A stretch of DNA of 20,000 nt from Candidatus Tectimicrobiota bacterium (GCA_016192455.1 JACPUC010000007.1:48720-68719), one strand, 5' to 3'; shown: positions 1 through 9,514, numbered from the stretch's first letter. Translations and numbers: made by a program. Notes: generated by a model from the letters alone, not told the origin.

Positions 1-486
1 TTGGTGCTTCTCCTGGCGGGGTGCGGCTACCGCCTCCTGGGCGTGGGGAACGGCGCCCTGCCGGCGAACGGCGTGCGCAGCGTGGCGGTGCCGGTCTTCG
101 CCAACCTCTCGGGGGAGCCCGAGCTCGAGCAGCGTCTCACCGCCGCCGTGCGCCGAGAGTTCCTCAACGACGGGCGGCTCCAGGTCGTCACCAGCGAGAA
201 CGCGGACACCGTGCTGGAGGGGACCATCAGCTCGTACCAGCTCCAGGCCCTGGCCTTCGATGCCCTCGACAACGCCACCCAGTATCGGCTGCGGCTGACC
301 CTCGATACCACCCTGCGCAGCCGCTCCACGAAGCAGATCATGCAGCGTCAGCAGTTCTCCGCCGTGCAGGAGTACCGCCTCCCCCAGGGGATCAGCGGCC
401 GCGAGACCGCCCGCCAGCGCGCCCTGGAGGTGGCCGCCCGGCAATTGGCGCAGCAACTGGTGAAGATCATCCTCGAAGGCTTCTAG
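1..486 (+). CDS. lptE: LPS assembly lipoprotein LptE (5'-truncated by window edge)
   Basis: Lipobox LLAGC followed by GY, then VAVPVFANLS..PELE and D.VLEGTI motifs typical of LptE/RlpB. Sits directly upstream of holA, a conserved (leuS)-lptE-holA arrangement. Confidence 0.88.
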   Translation: MVLLLAGCGYRLLGVGNGALPANGVRSVAVPVFANLSGEPELEQRLTAAVRREFLNDGRLQVVTSENADTVLEGTISSYQLQALAFDALDNATQYRLRLTLDTTLRSRSTKQIMQRQQFSAVQEYRLPQGISGRETARQRALEVAARQLAQQLVKIILEGF

Positions 487-555
487 CGAGGGCGTCACGC
501 AGGATGCCGCTCCCCTCATGGTGCTGCACGGACGCGGTTTTTGTTCGCAAGGACC

Positions 556-1641
556 ATGCCTGAACCTCAGACCGCGCAACAGTTTCTCAGCCGGCTGGCG
601 AAGGGAGAGCCGGCGCCCCTCTACTACTTTTGGGGTGAGGAGGAGTTCCTCTGCGAGCGGCTGGTGACCGCGTTGCGGCAGCGCGTCCTGACGGCGGGGC
701 GCAGCGAGTTCAACGACGATCGCTTCGATGCCGCGCTGGAGGCGCCGGAAACGATCCTCGAGACGGCGAGAACCGTTCCCTTTCTCGGCGGCCAGCGGTT
801 CGTCCTCGTCGAGGGCGTCGAGGCGCTGCAGCGCGCCGAACCCTTCCACGCTTACTGCCAGGCCCCCTACCCAGAGACCTGCCTCGTCTTCACGGCGCGC
901 AGCGCTTCAAAAAAGCCCGTCCACGACCTGCTGACGCGGACGGCGCAGGTGGTCACCTGCAAGCGCCTGAACAGTCAATCCCTGCGCAAGTGGGTGGCCG
1001 ACGAAGCGAAACGCCTTGGCCTGACGCTCCAGGCCGAGGCCGGCGGAGCGCTCGTCGAGCTGGTCGGAGACGATCTCCGCGCCCTGCACAGCGAGCTGGC
1101 GAAGCTTCAGACCTTTGCCGCCGAGAGCCGCGCCGCGCTCAGCGCCGAGCAAGTGATCAAGCTGGTCGGCGACACGCGGGCGGCGAAGATGTTCGAGTTC
1201 AGCGATGCCGTCGTGGAGGGTCGGCTGCCCACGGCGCTGCGCCTGTTGGCGAAGCTTCTGCAGGCGCGCGAGAGCGTGCCCGGCATCGTGGCCGTCCTTG
1301 CCCGCCACTACCGCATGCTCTGGAGGGTTCAGGAGTTGCTATGGCTGCGCACCGCGCCGGCGGCGCTGGCCGGGAAGCTCGGCGTGGCCGGCTTCCTCGC
1401 CACCAGGTACGCGCAGCAGGCGGGCACCTACAGCAGGGGGCACCTGCGCTGCACCCTCCTGCGGCTCTTCGAGACGGATCAGGCTGTGAAGCTGAGCGGG
1501 CTCCCGGATCAGCTCACGCTCGAGAAGCTGGTTCTTGATCTTGCGCTTCCGGCGGGGCGGGGGAGGGTGGACGGTCGCGCCCGCGGCGCGGCTCGCGGCG
1601 GCGAGCCGGGCGCGGCAAGACCGCCGACGCCTGCCTTATGA
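556..1641 (+). CDS. holA: DNA polymerase III delta subunit
   Basis: PLYYFWGEEEFL, TVPFLGGQRFVLV, VGDDLRALHSELAKL, FEFSDAV and ETDQAVK motifs; lptE-holA><rpsT synteny. ATG at 556 preferred over TTG at 541. Confidence 0.93.
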   Translation: MPEPQTAQQFLSRLAKGEPAPLYYFWGEEEFLCERLVTALRQRVLTAGRSEFNDDRFDAALEAPETILETARTVPFLGGQRFVLVEGVEALQRAEPFHAYCQAPYPETCLVFTARSASKKPVHDLLTRTAQVVTCKRLNSQSLRKWVADEAKRLGLTLQAEAGGALVELVGDDLRALHSELAKLQTFAAESRAALSAEQVIKLVGDTRAAKMFEFSDAVVEGRLPTALRLLAKLLQARESVPGIVAVLARHYRMLWRVQELLWLRTAPAALAGKLGVAGFLATRYAQQAGTYSRGHLRCTLLRLFETDQAVKLSGLPDQLTLEKLVLDLALPAGRGRVDGRARGAARGGEPGAARPPTPAL

Positions 1642-1914
1642 GGCGGTGCGCTGTTGAAGCTGGTGCAGGTGGGAGGAGAGACGGGAGATGTGCCGCGAGG
1701 CGGTGCGTCGGTGGGTGATGCCGGAGGACGCCGACTGGTCGATGATCGGGATGGCTGCCTGCAATGCTTGCCGCGCCGCGTTGAGGTCATTGGCCTGCAA
1801 GGCGGCTCTCACCTTCTTGATCGAGGTGCGCATGGCCGTGCGGGCGCTCGCATTGCGAATCCGGCGTTGCTCGTTCTGCCGCATGCGCTTGGTGGCGGAA
1901 GGATTGCGTTTCAA
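1636..1914 (-). CDS. rpsT: 30S ribosomal protein S20
   Basis: 92 aa basic protein with SATKRMRQNEQRRIRN..RTAMRTSIKKV and IDQSASSGITHRRTASRHISRL. TTG start with an AGAGGA SD about 6 nt upstream. Confidence 0.96.
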   Translation of the reverse strand: MKRNPSATKRMRQNEQRRIRNASARTAMRTSIKKVRAALQANDLNAARQALQAAIPIIDQSASSGITHRRTASRHISRLSSHLHQLQQRTAS

Positions 1915-1982
1915 GGTGCGTCCTCTCTCTGCGGTGTGGTTCCTCGGGCGAGAAATCTCTACGCTCTGCGACGTGGAAATTT

Positions 1983-2011
1983 AATGTACTCGAAGCGCTC
2001 CCTCCTTGCAA
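1983..2011 (-). promoter_or_regulatory. Putative sigma70 promoter of rpsT
   Basis: Minus strand reads TTGCAA-17 nt-TACATT, about 70 nt upstream of the rpsT start. Confidence 0.65.
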
Positions 2012-2026
2012 GGAAAAACCACATTC

Positions 2027-3664
2027 ATGGTGCAGCCCACCTCGGCTGAGCGCGCCCCACTGCCCCAGGAAGGACGCAGCCCCGACGACGCCAAGCGGCA
2101 GGTGGCGCGCGCCGCCGGCGTGGTGAGCCTGGCAACCCTGGTGAGTCGCTTGGCCGGCTTCGTCCGCGATGTCATCATCGCCAAGGTGTTCGGCGCGGCA
2201 ATGCTGGCCGATGCCTTCTTCGTGGCCTTTGCAATCCCCTCCCTGCTACGTCGCCTCTTCGCCGAGGGCGCGCTCTCGGCGGCGTTCGTGCCGGTCTTCT
2301 CCTCCTACCTCCGGTCGCACTCGGAAGCCGAGACGCGGCGCCTCGTTGCGGTGGCCTTGGGAGCGCAGCTCCTCGTCCTCCTGGCGGTGACCGGCCTCGG
2401 CATCCTCCTCAGCCCCTACCTCGTCACCATCTTCGTGCCGGGGTTCTACGCCGACGCGGAGAAGTTCGCCCTCACCGTGCGCCTCACCCGGCTGATGTTC
2501 CCCTTCATCCTCTTCATCGGCATTGCCGTGCTCTTCATGGGAGTGCTGAACGCGCGCCAGCACTTCCTGACGCCGGCGCTGGCCCCGCTGATGCTCAACC
2601 TCGGCATCATCGGCTCGGCGCTGTGGTTGACCCGCCACCTCGACACGCCGGTGTTGGCGCTGGGGGTGGGGGTGCTCGCCGGCGGCCTCGGGCAGCTCCT
2701 CCTGCAGATGCCGCCGCTGTACCGCTGCGGCTTGCTGGTGCTGCCGCGGCTCTCCTTCCGCCACCCCGGCTTGCGGCGCATCTGGAGCCTCGTCGTGCCG
2801 ACGATCGTCGGCCTCTCCGCCATGCAGGTGAATCTCATGGTCGATCGCCTGCTGGCGTCGTTCCTGCCGGAGGGGAGCATCTCGTACCTCTACTACGCCA
2901 ATCGCCTGGTGCAGTTTCCGCTCGGCGCGTTCGGCGCGGCGCTCGGCGTCGCGGTGCTGCCGACGATGGCTTCCCAGGCATCGGCGGGCGCCATCGACCA
3001 GCTCAAGGCGACCCTCAACTTCGGCCTCCGCCTCACCTTCTTCGTCAGCGTGCCGGCGACCCTGGCGCTCATCATCCTCGGCGCGCCGATCATGAACGTC
3101 CTCTTCGAACGCGGCGCCTTCGGCGCCCAAGCGACCTCCGCCTCGGCCTTCGCGCTGAGTCTCTACGCGGTCGGCCTGTGCGCCTTCAGCGGCATCAAGA
3201 TCGCCACGCCGGTCTACTATGCGCTGCATGACTCGGCCACGCCGGTGAAGCTGAGCCTCATCGCCATGGGGACGAACGTCGTCTTGAACCTCGCCCTCAT
3301 GGGCCCGCTGCGTCATGGCGGCCTGGCTCTGGCAACCTCGCTGGCGAGCTTCGTGAATCTTTTCTTGCTGCTCCTCCTCCTGCGTCGCCGTCTCGGCTCG
3401 ATCGACGGCCACCGCCTGCTGCGCTCGACGGCGCGCGTGAGCCTGGCGTCGCTGATCATGGCGGCGGCGCTCTGGTGGGGCCGCGCCGCCCTGTTCGGAC
3501 CTGACCTGGCGCTCGGCGTCAAAGTCGTTGTCGTCGTCGGGCTCTCCTCCTTTGGTCTCGCAGTGTTTTGCGCGCTAAGCTATGCTTTCAAGTGCGAGGA
3601 GCTGGACGAATTGCTGCGTATCTTCCGCCGTAGACACGCGGGGACCTTTGGCAAAGGTTCGTGA
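2027..3664 (+). CDS. murJ: Lipid II flippase MurJ (MviN)
   Basis: SRLAGFVRD, ADAFFVAFAIPSLLRRLFAEGALSAAFVPVF, ISYLYYANRLVQFPLG and GLALATS motifs; many hydrophobic segments. Start uncertain (2006 TTG or 2027 ATG). Confidence 0.96.
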   Translation: MVQPTSAERAPLPQEGRSPDDAKRQVARAAGVVSLATLVSRLAGFVRDVIIAKVFGAAMLADAFFVAFAIPSLLRRLFAEGALSAAFVPVFSSYLRSHSEAETRRLVAVALGAQLLVLLAVTGLGILLSPYLVTIFVPGFYADAEKFALTVRLTRLMFPFILFIGIAVLFMGVLNARQHFLTPALAPLMLNLGIIGSALWLTRHLDTPVLALGVGVLAGGLGQLLLQMPPLYRCGLLVLPRLSFRHPGLRRIWSLVVPTIVGLSAMQVNLMVDRLLASFLPEGSISYLYYANRLVQFPLGAFGAALGVAVLPTMASQASAGAIDQLKATLNFGLRLTFFVSVPATLALIILGAPIMNVLFERGAFGAQATSASAFALSLYAVGLCAFSGIKIATPVYYALHDSATPVKLSLIAMGTNVVLNLALMGPLRHGGLALATSLASFVNLFLLLLLLRRRLGSIDGHRLLRSTARVSLASLIMAAALWWGRAALFGPDLALGVKVVVVVGLSSFGLAVFCALSYAFKCEELDELLRIFRRRHAGTFGKGS

Positions 3665-4692
3665 TGGAGATGGGTGAACATCGCCAAGCGACGTCCGCGG
3701 CGCGGAGCACCTTGCGCTGGCGGCAGGGAGAAATCCCAGCCGAGCTGCGTCCGCTCTACGATGGCTTCCTCAACTACCTGATCGTCGACCTGCACCTCGC
3801 CGAGAACAGCGTCCACGCCTATGCCGGCGACGTGCGCCGCTACCTTCAGGGAACGGGCGGCACGCCGCGGGGCGCGCCGCGCCGCGAGACCGGCGACGAG
3901 CCGCGGGGAGATGCCGGAAGCGAAAGCCTGGAGGCGTTCCGGCGGCGCGATCGCACCACCTTCCTGAACCACCTTGCCGCCCTGCGGACGGAGGGGTTGG
4001 GGCCGCGTTCGCTGCGCCGTCACCTCGCGGCCCTGCACTGCTTCTATCGCTATCTCTTGGACGAAGGGATCGTGGAGCACGATGCCAGCGAGCACGTGCC
4101 CCTGCCGCGGGCGTGGCAGACGCTGCCGCACTTCCTCAGCATCGAAGAGGTGGAGCACCTGTTGGCGCAGCCGGATGCCATGACGGTGCTCGGCGGCCGG
4201 GACGCCGCCATGTTGGAGGTGCTCTACGCCACCGGCATGCGGGTGAGCGAGCTTCTTGATCTGCGGCTCACGAAGACGAATCTCGAGCGCGGCTACGTGC
4301 AGGTGGTAGGGAAGGGCAACAAGGAACGCATCATCCCCCTGGGGAAGCCCGCCTGCTTCGCGGTCGAGATCTACCTCAAGTACGGGCGGCCGAGCCTCGT
4401 GAAGGGGCAGGGCAGCCCATACCTCTTCCTGAGCCGCCGGGGAGGCCGGATGACGCGGGTGAACTTCTGGCACCTGCTGCGCCGCTATGCCGCGCAGGCC
4501 GGCATCACCAAGAGATTGAGCCCCCACGTGCTGCGGCACTCCTTCGCCACGCACCTGCTGGCGCGCGGCGCCGATCTGCGCACGCTGCAGCAGATGCTCG
4601 GGCATGCCGACATCTCCACGACCCAAATCTACACCCATGTGGAGACGACCCGATTGCGCGACATCTACGACGCGCATCACCCGCGCGCCTGA
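3664..4692 (+). CDS. xerD: Site-specific tyrosine recombinase XerD
   Basis: Complete catalytic set: LYATGMRVSEL, GKGNKERIIP, SPHVLRHSFATHLL, LGHADISTTQIYTHV, plus C-terminal HHPRA. QIYTHV and MTR..FW are XerD-like. Start overlaps the murJ stop (GTGATG); exact start uncertain. Confidence 0.92.
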   Translation: MEMGEHRQATSAARSTLRWRQGEIPAELRPLYDGFLNYLIVDLHLAENSVHAYAGDVRRYLQGTGGTPRGAPRRETGDEPRGDAGSESLEAFRRRDRTTFLNHLAALRTEGLGPRSLRRHLAALHCFYRYLLDEGIVEHDASEHVPLPRAWQTLPHFLSIEEVEHLLAQPDAMTVLGGRDAAMLEVLYATGMRVSELLDLRLTKTNLERGYVQVVGKGNKERIIPLGKPACFAVEIYLKYGRPSLVKGQGSPYLFLSRRGGRMTRVNFWHLLRRYAAQAGITKRLSPHVLRHSFATHLLARGADLRTLQQMLGHADISTTQIYTHVETTRLRDIYDAHHPRA

Positions 4693-4707
4693 GCCGCGAG
4701 GATACCC

Positions 4708-7575
4708 ATGGACTCCGTGAACCCATCACCCGAGAGAACGTCGGTCCGGCCCAGCGCTGACGGCGCGCCGGCCAGCGACGCCTCTCCTCCCATCCTCGCC
4801 GGCGCGGCTTGTGAGAGCGCCGCGCCCGACGGCCGCGCGCCTCAATTCCAGCAGGTGGCGTTCGAGGTGGAGCGGCTCCTTCGTGACGCCGGCAGGCCTG
4901 AAACCTGGGGTGCGCTGCTGAAGCCTCTCCTGGCGCAGCGACACGGAGAGGTGCGCGCCTTCCACGACGCCGGCGCGACCGGTCGCGCGGTGGCGCGCGC
5001 GCAATCGCAACTCGTCGATGGCATCGTCCGCGGTCTCTACGCCACCCTGGGCCGCGGCCTCCGGCAATCCGGGAACGGGACGGCTGACGGCGGCGGCAAA
5101 CAGGACAGGGAGAGCCGCCAGGACTGCGCCCTCGTCGCCTTGGGCGGCTATGGGCGCGGCGAGCTCAATCCCGCCTCCGACGTCGACCTGCTCTTCCTCC
5201 GCGGCGGCGATGCGGATGCGAAACAGCAGCGCCTCATTGACGGCATTCTCTACCCCCTCTGGGACCTCGGTTTCACCGTCGGGCACAGCGCGCGAACCAT
5301 CGACGAGACCATCCTTTTCAGCCGCCGCGACCCCACCGTCCTGACGGCGCTCCTGGAAGCCCGTCTGCTGGCGGGTTCGACCCAGCTCTTCGCGAAGCTG
5401 CGGGGGCGCCTGCGGCGAACCTTGGCGGGCAAGGCGGGGAGAGAGTTCCTGCGCCGCAAACTGGCCGAGCGCGATCGTCGCCATGCCCAGTTCGAGAACT
5501 CACCGACCCTCCTCGAACCGAACGTGAAGGAGAGCCCCGGCGGCCTGCGCGACCTCCACACCGCCCTCTGGGCGACGCAGGTTGCGTTCGGTGTGCACCA
5601 GCTCGAGGAGCTGGAGGCGAACGGCCTCTGCACACCGGAGGAGCTCGGCGAACTGCAAGCCGCGCTCGACTTCTTCCTGCGCGTGCGCACCCAGCTCCAC
5701 TACCTCACCGGCCGACGCACGGATATTCTCGTCATGGAGATGCAGGACGCGCTGAGCGCCGCGCTCGGCTACACCGCGCAGGGGGGGCTGCACGCGGTCG
5801 AGCGGTTCATGCGGGAGTACTACCGCCACGCGGTGAGTGTCTACCTCTTCTCCCGCACCACCTTGTGGCGCTGCTCTGACCGGCCTGGCTGGGCGCGGCG
5901 GGGTCTGCGCGCCCTGCGGCGGCGCCGCCTCGATGCCAACTTCGCGGTGGACGGGGGCCGCATCGAGTTCTCCAATGGCGGTGGGGTTTTTCTCGAGCAG
6001 CCGCTGCTGGCGCTGCAGCTTTTCCTCTCCTGCGCTCAGCACCACTTCACGATCAGCGAGGAGGTGAGCCGCGAGCTGCGCAGTGCCCTCTACAGCACGC
6101 GCCGCGCCCAGGCCTTGCGGTCGCCGGCGGGGAACGCGCTTTTCCTGCGCCTCCTGGCGGCGCCGCACGCCGCCAAAGCGCTGCGCATGATGCACCAGCT
6201 CGGGGTGCTCGCCATCTTCCTGCCGGAGTTCGATGAGCTGACCGGCCTCATTCAGTACCACCTCTTCCACCGCTATACGATCGACGATCACTCGCTGCGC
6301 GCCGTGCGCTACATCGACGAACTGCCGGCGACGACGGAGCCGGAGATCGAGACCCTCGGCCGGCTTGCCGCGAAGCAGGCGAACCCCGGCCTGGTGAAGC
6401 TGGCGCTCCTCTGCCACGATCTCGGCAAGAGCTGTGGCGGAGGTCACGTCGCCTCCGGCACCCGCATGGTGCGGGGCATCGTGCAGCGGCTCGGCCTGCC
6501 CAAGGAGGAAGCCGAGACGGTGATCTTCCTCGTCCAGCACCACCTGTTGATGAACCATACCGCCCAACGCCGCAACCTCGACGATGCCGCGGTGGTGGCG
6601 CGCTTCGGCCAGGTGGTCGGCAGCGTTGAGCGCTTGGAGATGCTCTACCTCCTCACGTACGCCGATACGCGGGCTGTCGGTCCGAATGTCTGGACCACCT
6701 GGAAGGGGGCGCTGCTTCTGGAGCTCTACGAGAAGGGCGCCCGCTACCTCTGCCGCGAGCTGGATGTCGGGGATACCATCGAGCAGATCATGCGGCAGGC
6801 GCGCGCCAAGGTTGAGCGACAGGCAGGGGAGGAGATCGAGGCGGAGGAGATCGAGCGCTTCTTCGAGCTGATGCCGCCGCGCTACTTCTGCACTTGCCGG
6901 CCCGAGCAGATCGTGCGGCACATCGTCGCCCGCCGAGAGGCGGCGAACACGCCGCTGGTGATGCGACGCTTCCCGGCCGAGACTGCCGGCCAAACCGAGC
7001 TGCTGGTGATCACGGAGGGGCGGCGGGGCGTCTTCTCGAAGATCGCCGGCATCCTCGCGGCCCGCCGCATCAACATCCTGGCCGCCCAGGTGTATACCGA
7101 CCTCGAAGGCATGGCGGTGGACACCCTCTGGGTCGACTCGGCGCAGCGCCAGCCGGTGGGGGATCCAGGGTTGTGGCCGGCGGTGGAGGAGGACCTCCGG
7201 AAGGTGCTCGCCGGCGACCTCGATGTCCGGGCCCTCATCCGCAGCCAGGACCGCTTCTACTCGCTGTCGAAGCGCCGCCCGCGTCTCCTCCCCAGCAGCG
7301 TGCATATCGACAACACCGTTGCCGATGAGTGCACCGTGCTCGATATTGTGGCTGAGGACCATGTGGGGCTCCTCTATGCGATCACGCAGACGTTGTATGA
7401 TCAGGGCTTGGACATCGTCCTGGCGAAGATCAGCACGGAGGGGAACCGCGCCACCGACACCTTCTACGTCACCGATAGCCAGGGGGAGAAACTCCTCGAT
7501 TCGGGCGCGCAGGAGGCGTTGGCGCGGGCGGTGCGCGAAGCCCTCGAGGAGTCGTTCGCCATGGCGCCGGCATAG
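4708..7575 (+). CDS. glnD: Bifunctional PII uridylyltransferase/uridylyl-removing enzyme
   Basis: NTase motif ALGGYGRGELNPASDVDLL, EPNVKESPGGLRDL, HD domain (FHRYTIDDHSL...HDLGK...TYAD), WTTWKGALL and two C-terminal ACT domains (D..GLLY.I..KISTEG.RA.DTFYV). Confidence 0.96.
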   Translation: MDSVNPSPERTSVRPSADGAPASDASPPILAGAACESAAPDGRAPQFQQVAFEVERLLRDAGRPETWGALLKPLLAQRHGEVRAFHDAGATGRAVARAQSQLVDGIVRGLYATLGRGLRQSGNGTADGGGKQDRESRQDCALVALGGYGRGELNPASDVDLLFLRGGDADAKQQRLIDGILYPLWDLGFTVGHSARTIDETILFSRRDPTVLTALLEARLLAGSTQLFAKLRGRLRRTLAGKAGREFLRRKLAERDRRHAQFENSPTLLEPNVKESPGGLRDLHTALWATQVAFGVHQLEELEANGLCTPEELGELQAALDFFLRVRTQLHYLTGRRTDILVMEMQDALSAALGYTAQGGLHAVERFMREYYRHAVSVYLFSRTTLWRCSDRPGWARRGLRALRRRRLDANFAVDGGRIEFSNGGGVFLEQPLLALQLFLSCAQHHFTISEEVSRELRSALYSTRRAQALRSPAGNALFLRLLAAPHAAKALRMMHQLGVLAIFLPEFDELTGLIQYHLFHRYTIDDHSLRAVRYIDELPATTEPEIETLGRLAAKQANPGLVKLALLCHDLGKSCGGGHVASGTRMVRGIVQRLGLPKEEAETVIFLVQHHLLMNHTAQRRNLDDAAVVARFGQVVGSVERLEMLYLLTYADTRAVGPNVWTTWKGALLLELYEKGARYLCRELDVGDTIEQIMRQARAKVERQAGEEIEAEEIERFFELMPPRYFCTCRPEQIVRHIVARREAANTPLVMRRFPAETAGQTELLVITEGRRGVFSKIAGILAARRINILAAQVYTDLEGMAVDTLWVDSAQRQPVGDPGLWPAVEEDLRKVLAGDLDVRALIRSQDRFYSLSKRRPRLLPSSVHIDNTVADECTVLDIVAEDHVGLLYAITQTLYDQGLDIVLAKISTEGNRATDTFYVTDSQGEKLLDSGAQEALARAVREALEESFAMAPA

Positions 7576-7645
7576 CCCGGCCCGGCCCGCCGGGGCGTCC
7601 GTCTATCTTCGTGCGGCGCGCAGGCAGGCTGGAAGGCACCGCGGC

Positions 7646-7851
7646 CCAGTGTGCTGTTTCACAAATTCTCTCGCCAGAATTTGCGAGGGAGCCTCGCCCC
7701 CTCGCGCACCCCGCCTTGTCGGGGCGGTTCGCGAACCGCCCCGACGGAACAGGGGGTGTGGGGAAGCAAAGGTCTTGCGCAAAAACTCCCCCACCACATG
7801 GCCCCAAGAAGGCGTCCGATTAAGGATGGAATTTGTGTGACGTAACACTAG
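7646..7851. mobile_element. Putative MITE-like non-autonomous element with nested palindromes
   Basis: Imperfect 23 bp terminal inverted repeats (7646-7668 CCAGTGTGCTGTTTCACAAATTC versus the reverse complement of 7829-7851, CTAGTGTTACGTCACACAAATTC; 17/23 match) enclosing several hairpins. No credible ORF. Confidence 0.5.
7718..7745. repeat. Perfect 28 bp palindrome, REP-like
   Basis: GTCGGGGCGGTTCGCGAACCGCCCCGAC equals its own reverse complement. The GT(A/C)G 5' foot plus GC-rich stem resembles REP elements. Confidence 0.75.
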
Positions 7852-7979
7852 GCGCGCAACGGTGTCGCGCCAGCGCCCGGCAAGCGGGCTGGGACATCTC
7901 CTACGCTGCACCGGCAGAGGTGGCCGGCCAGGAGAGCACAGGGGGAGGAGCCATTCCGGGTGGAAGGAAAGGAGGTTCG

Positions 7980-8939
7980 TTGAGCGTCATCACGAGTCGC
8001 GAGCTGGTCCTTGCTGATGGGCAAAACCTGGCGGAACTCTTCGGCGTCCACGACGCGCACCTGAAGGAGATCGAAACAGCCTTCCGGGTGCGCGTCACGA
8101 CCACGGGATCGCTCCTGCGCATTGAGGGCGACGAGGAGGGGGTGCGCCACGCCAGCCGGGTGATCACCAATCTCCTGGAGCTCTTGCGCAGCGGCTATCG
8201 CCTGCAGCCGCGCGACGTGAAGTTCCTCATGCGGCTCGCCGCCGAGGAGAGCGACGCCGACATCCAGAAGATCTTCAGCGAACGCATCGTGCTCCCTTCG
8301 AAGCGAGGCTTCGTGACGCCGAAGAGCGAGACCCAGCGCCACTACATCGAGATGATGCGGACGTATGATGTGGTGATCGCCATCGGGCCGGCCGGCACTG
8401 GCAAGACCTACCTCGCCGTGGCGATGGCGGTGACGGGACTGCTCACCAAGCAGTTCACCCGCATCATCCTGGCGCGGCCGGCGGTGGAGGCGGGGGAGCG
8501 GCTCGGTTTTCTGCCGGGCGATCTGGCGGAGAAGGTATCGCCGTACCTGCGGCCGCTCTATGACGCACTCTACGACATGATGGAGTATGACAAGATTCAG
8601 ACGATGCTCGAGCGCGGCATCATTGAGATGGCGCCTCTCGCCTATATGCGCGGGCGGACCCTCAACGACGCCTTCATCATCCTCGACGAGGCGCAGAATA
8701 CGAGCTCGGAGCAGATGCAGATGTTCCTGACCCGCCTGGGCTTCGGCTCCAAGGCGGTGATCACCGGCGACATCACCCAGGTGGACCTGCCGCCCGAGAA
8801 GCCCTCCGGCCTCATTGAGGTGCAGAAGATCGTGCGGGATATCGCCGGCATCAAGTTCGTCTACTTCTCAGACCGCGATGTCGTTCGCCACGAGCTGGTG
8901 CAGCAGATCATCCTGGCCTACGCGCGGCACCGCGAGTAG
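7980..8939 (+). CDS. phoH: PhoH-family ATPase (YbeZ-like)
   Basis: [52 protein letters not shown] and DVVRHELV motifs. TTG at 7980 follows a strong AAGGAGG SD, so the ORF-track start at 7833 is too far upstream. Confidence 0.96.
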   Translation: MSVITSRELVLADGQNLAELFGVHDAHLKEIETAFRVRVTTTGSLLRIEGDEEGVRHASRVITNLLELLRSGYRLQPRDVKFLMRLAAEESDADIQKIFSERIVLPSKRGFVTPKSETQRHYIEMMRTYDVVIAIGPAGTGKTYLAVAMAVTGLLTKQFTRIILARPAVEAGERLGFLPGDLAEKVSPYLRPLYDALYDMMEYDKIQTMLERGIIEMAPLAYMRGRTLNDAFIILDEAQNTSSEQMQMFLTRLGFGSKAVITGDITQVDLPPEKPSGLIEVQKIVRDIAGIKFVYFSDRDVVRHELVQQIILAYARHRE

Positions 8940-9055
8940 CTCCGGGCCGCCGGGCGCTGGGCACGGGCTCGGTTGCCGCCCCGCCGGCGCGCACCGGAGG
9001 GCGACGCGTCCGCGACGGCTACAGGCCAGCCGCCGGACACCTCGCAAGGCATCCC

Positions 9056-9514
9056 ATGCCGGTGCTCATTCAAAACCGCCAGCGCAAGGTCCGCCTCGAC
9101 CGCAGGCAGGCACGCCGCGACCTGGAGGCGGCGCTGCGGGCGGTGAGTTGCCCCGACGCCGAACTGAGTCTATGCTATGTAGGTGAGCGGCGCATGCGCG
9201 AGCTGAACCGGCGCTACCGCGGCCTGGATCGGGTTACCGATGTACTCTCGTTCCCGCTGCGCGCGGAGACCCCTGAGCCTGCCGGCGAGCTGGCCCCCCG
9301 CCTGCTCGGCGACGTGGTGGTGGCTCCCGGCGTTGCGGCGCGCCAGGCGCTCGAGCGCGGCCACAGCCTGGCGCAGGAGCTCCTCCTCCTGGAGATCCAT
9401 GGCCTGCTGCACCTGCTCGGCTACGATCATGAAGTCTCGCAGGCGGAAGCGCGGCGCATGCGACGTGAAGAACAGCGGGTTCTGCGCTCCGTCGGCGCTG
9501 AGCGGGCACGATGA
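9056..9514 (+). CDS. ybeY: rRNA maturation endoribonuclease YbeY
   Basis: MRELNRRYRG.D..TDVLSFP, LGDVVV and the metal-binding HGLLHLLGYDH motif; follows phoH. Confidence 0.96.
   Translation: MPVLIQNRQRKVRLDRRQARRDLEAALRAVSCPDAELSLCYVGERRMRELNRRYRGLDRVTDVLSFPLRAETPEPAGELAPRLLGDVVVAPGVAARQALERGHSLAQELLLLEIHGLLHLLGYDHEVSQAEARRMRREEQRVLRSVGAERAR

Noticed and set aside
2246..4680. Long antisense ORFs over murJ (388 aa) and xerD (366 aa)
   Set aside because: Typical antisense shadows of conserved genes, with no independent evidence.
3664..4692. Tyrosine recombinase as a prophage, island or integron integrase
   Set aside because: Motifs are XerD-like, the neighbours are housekeeping genes, and no att/attC sites or cargo were seen.
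5500..7362. 620 aa minus-strand ORF
   Set aside because: Antisense shadow of glnD. High-GC codon bias suppresses stops and there are no recognisable motifs.
7646..7851. CRISPR array or tRNA in the hairpin-rich intergenic region
   Set aside because: No regularly spaced direct repeats and no cloverleaf or T-loop/CCA pattern.
7833..7979. N-terminal extension of PhoH in the ORF track
   Set aside because: It starts inside the right TIR of the repeat element; a strong SD supports TTG at 7980.
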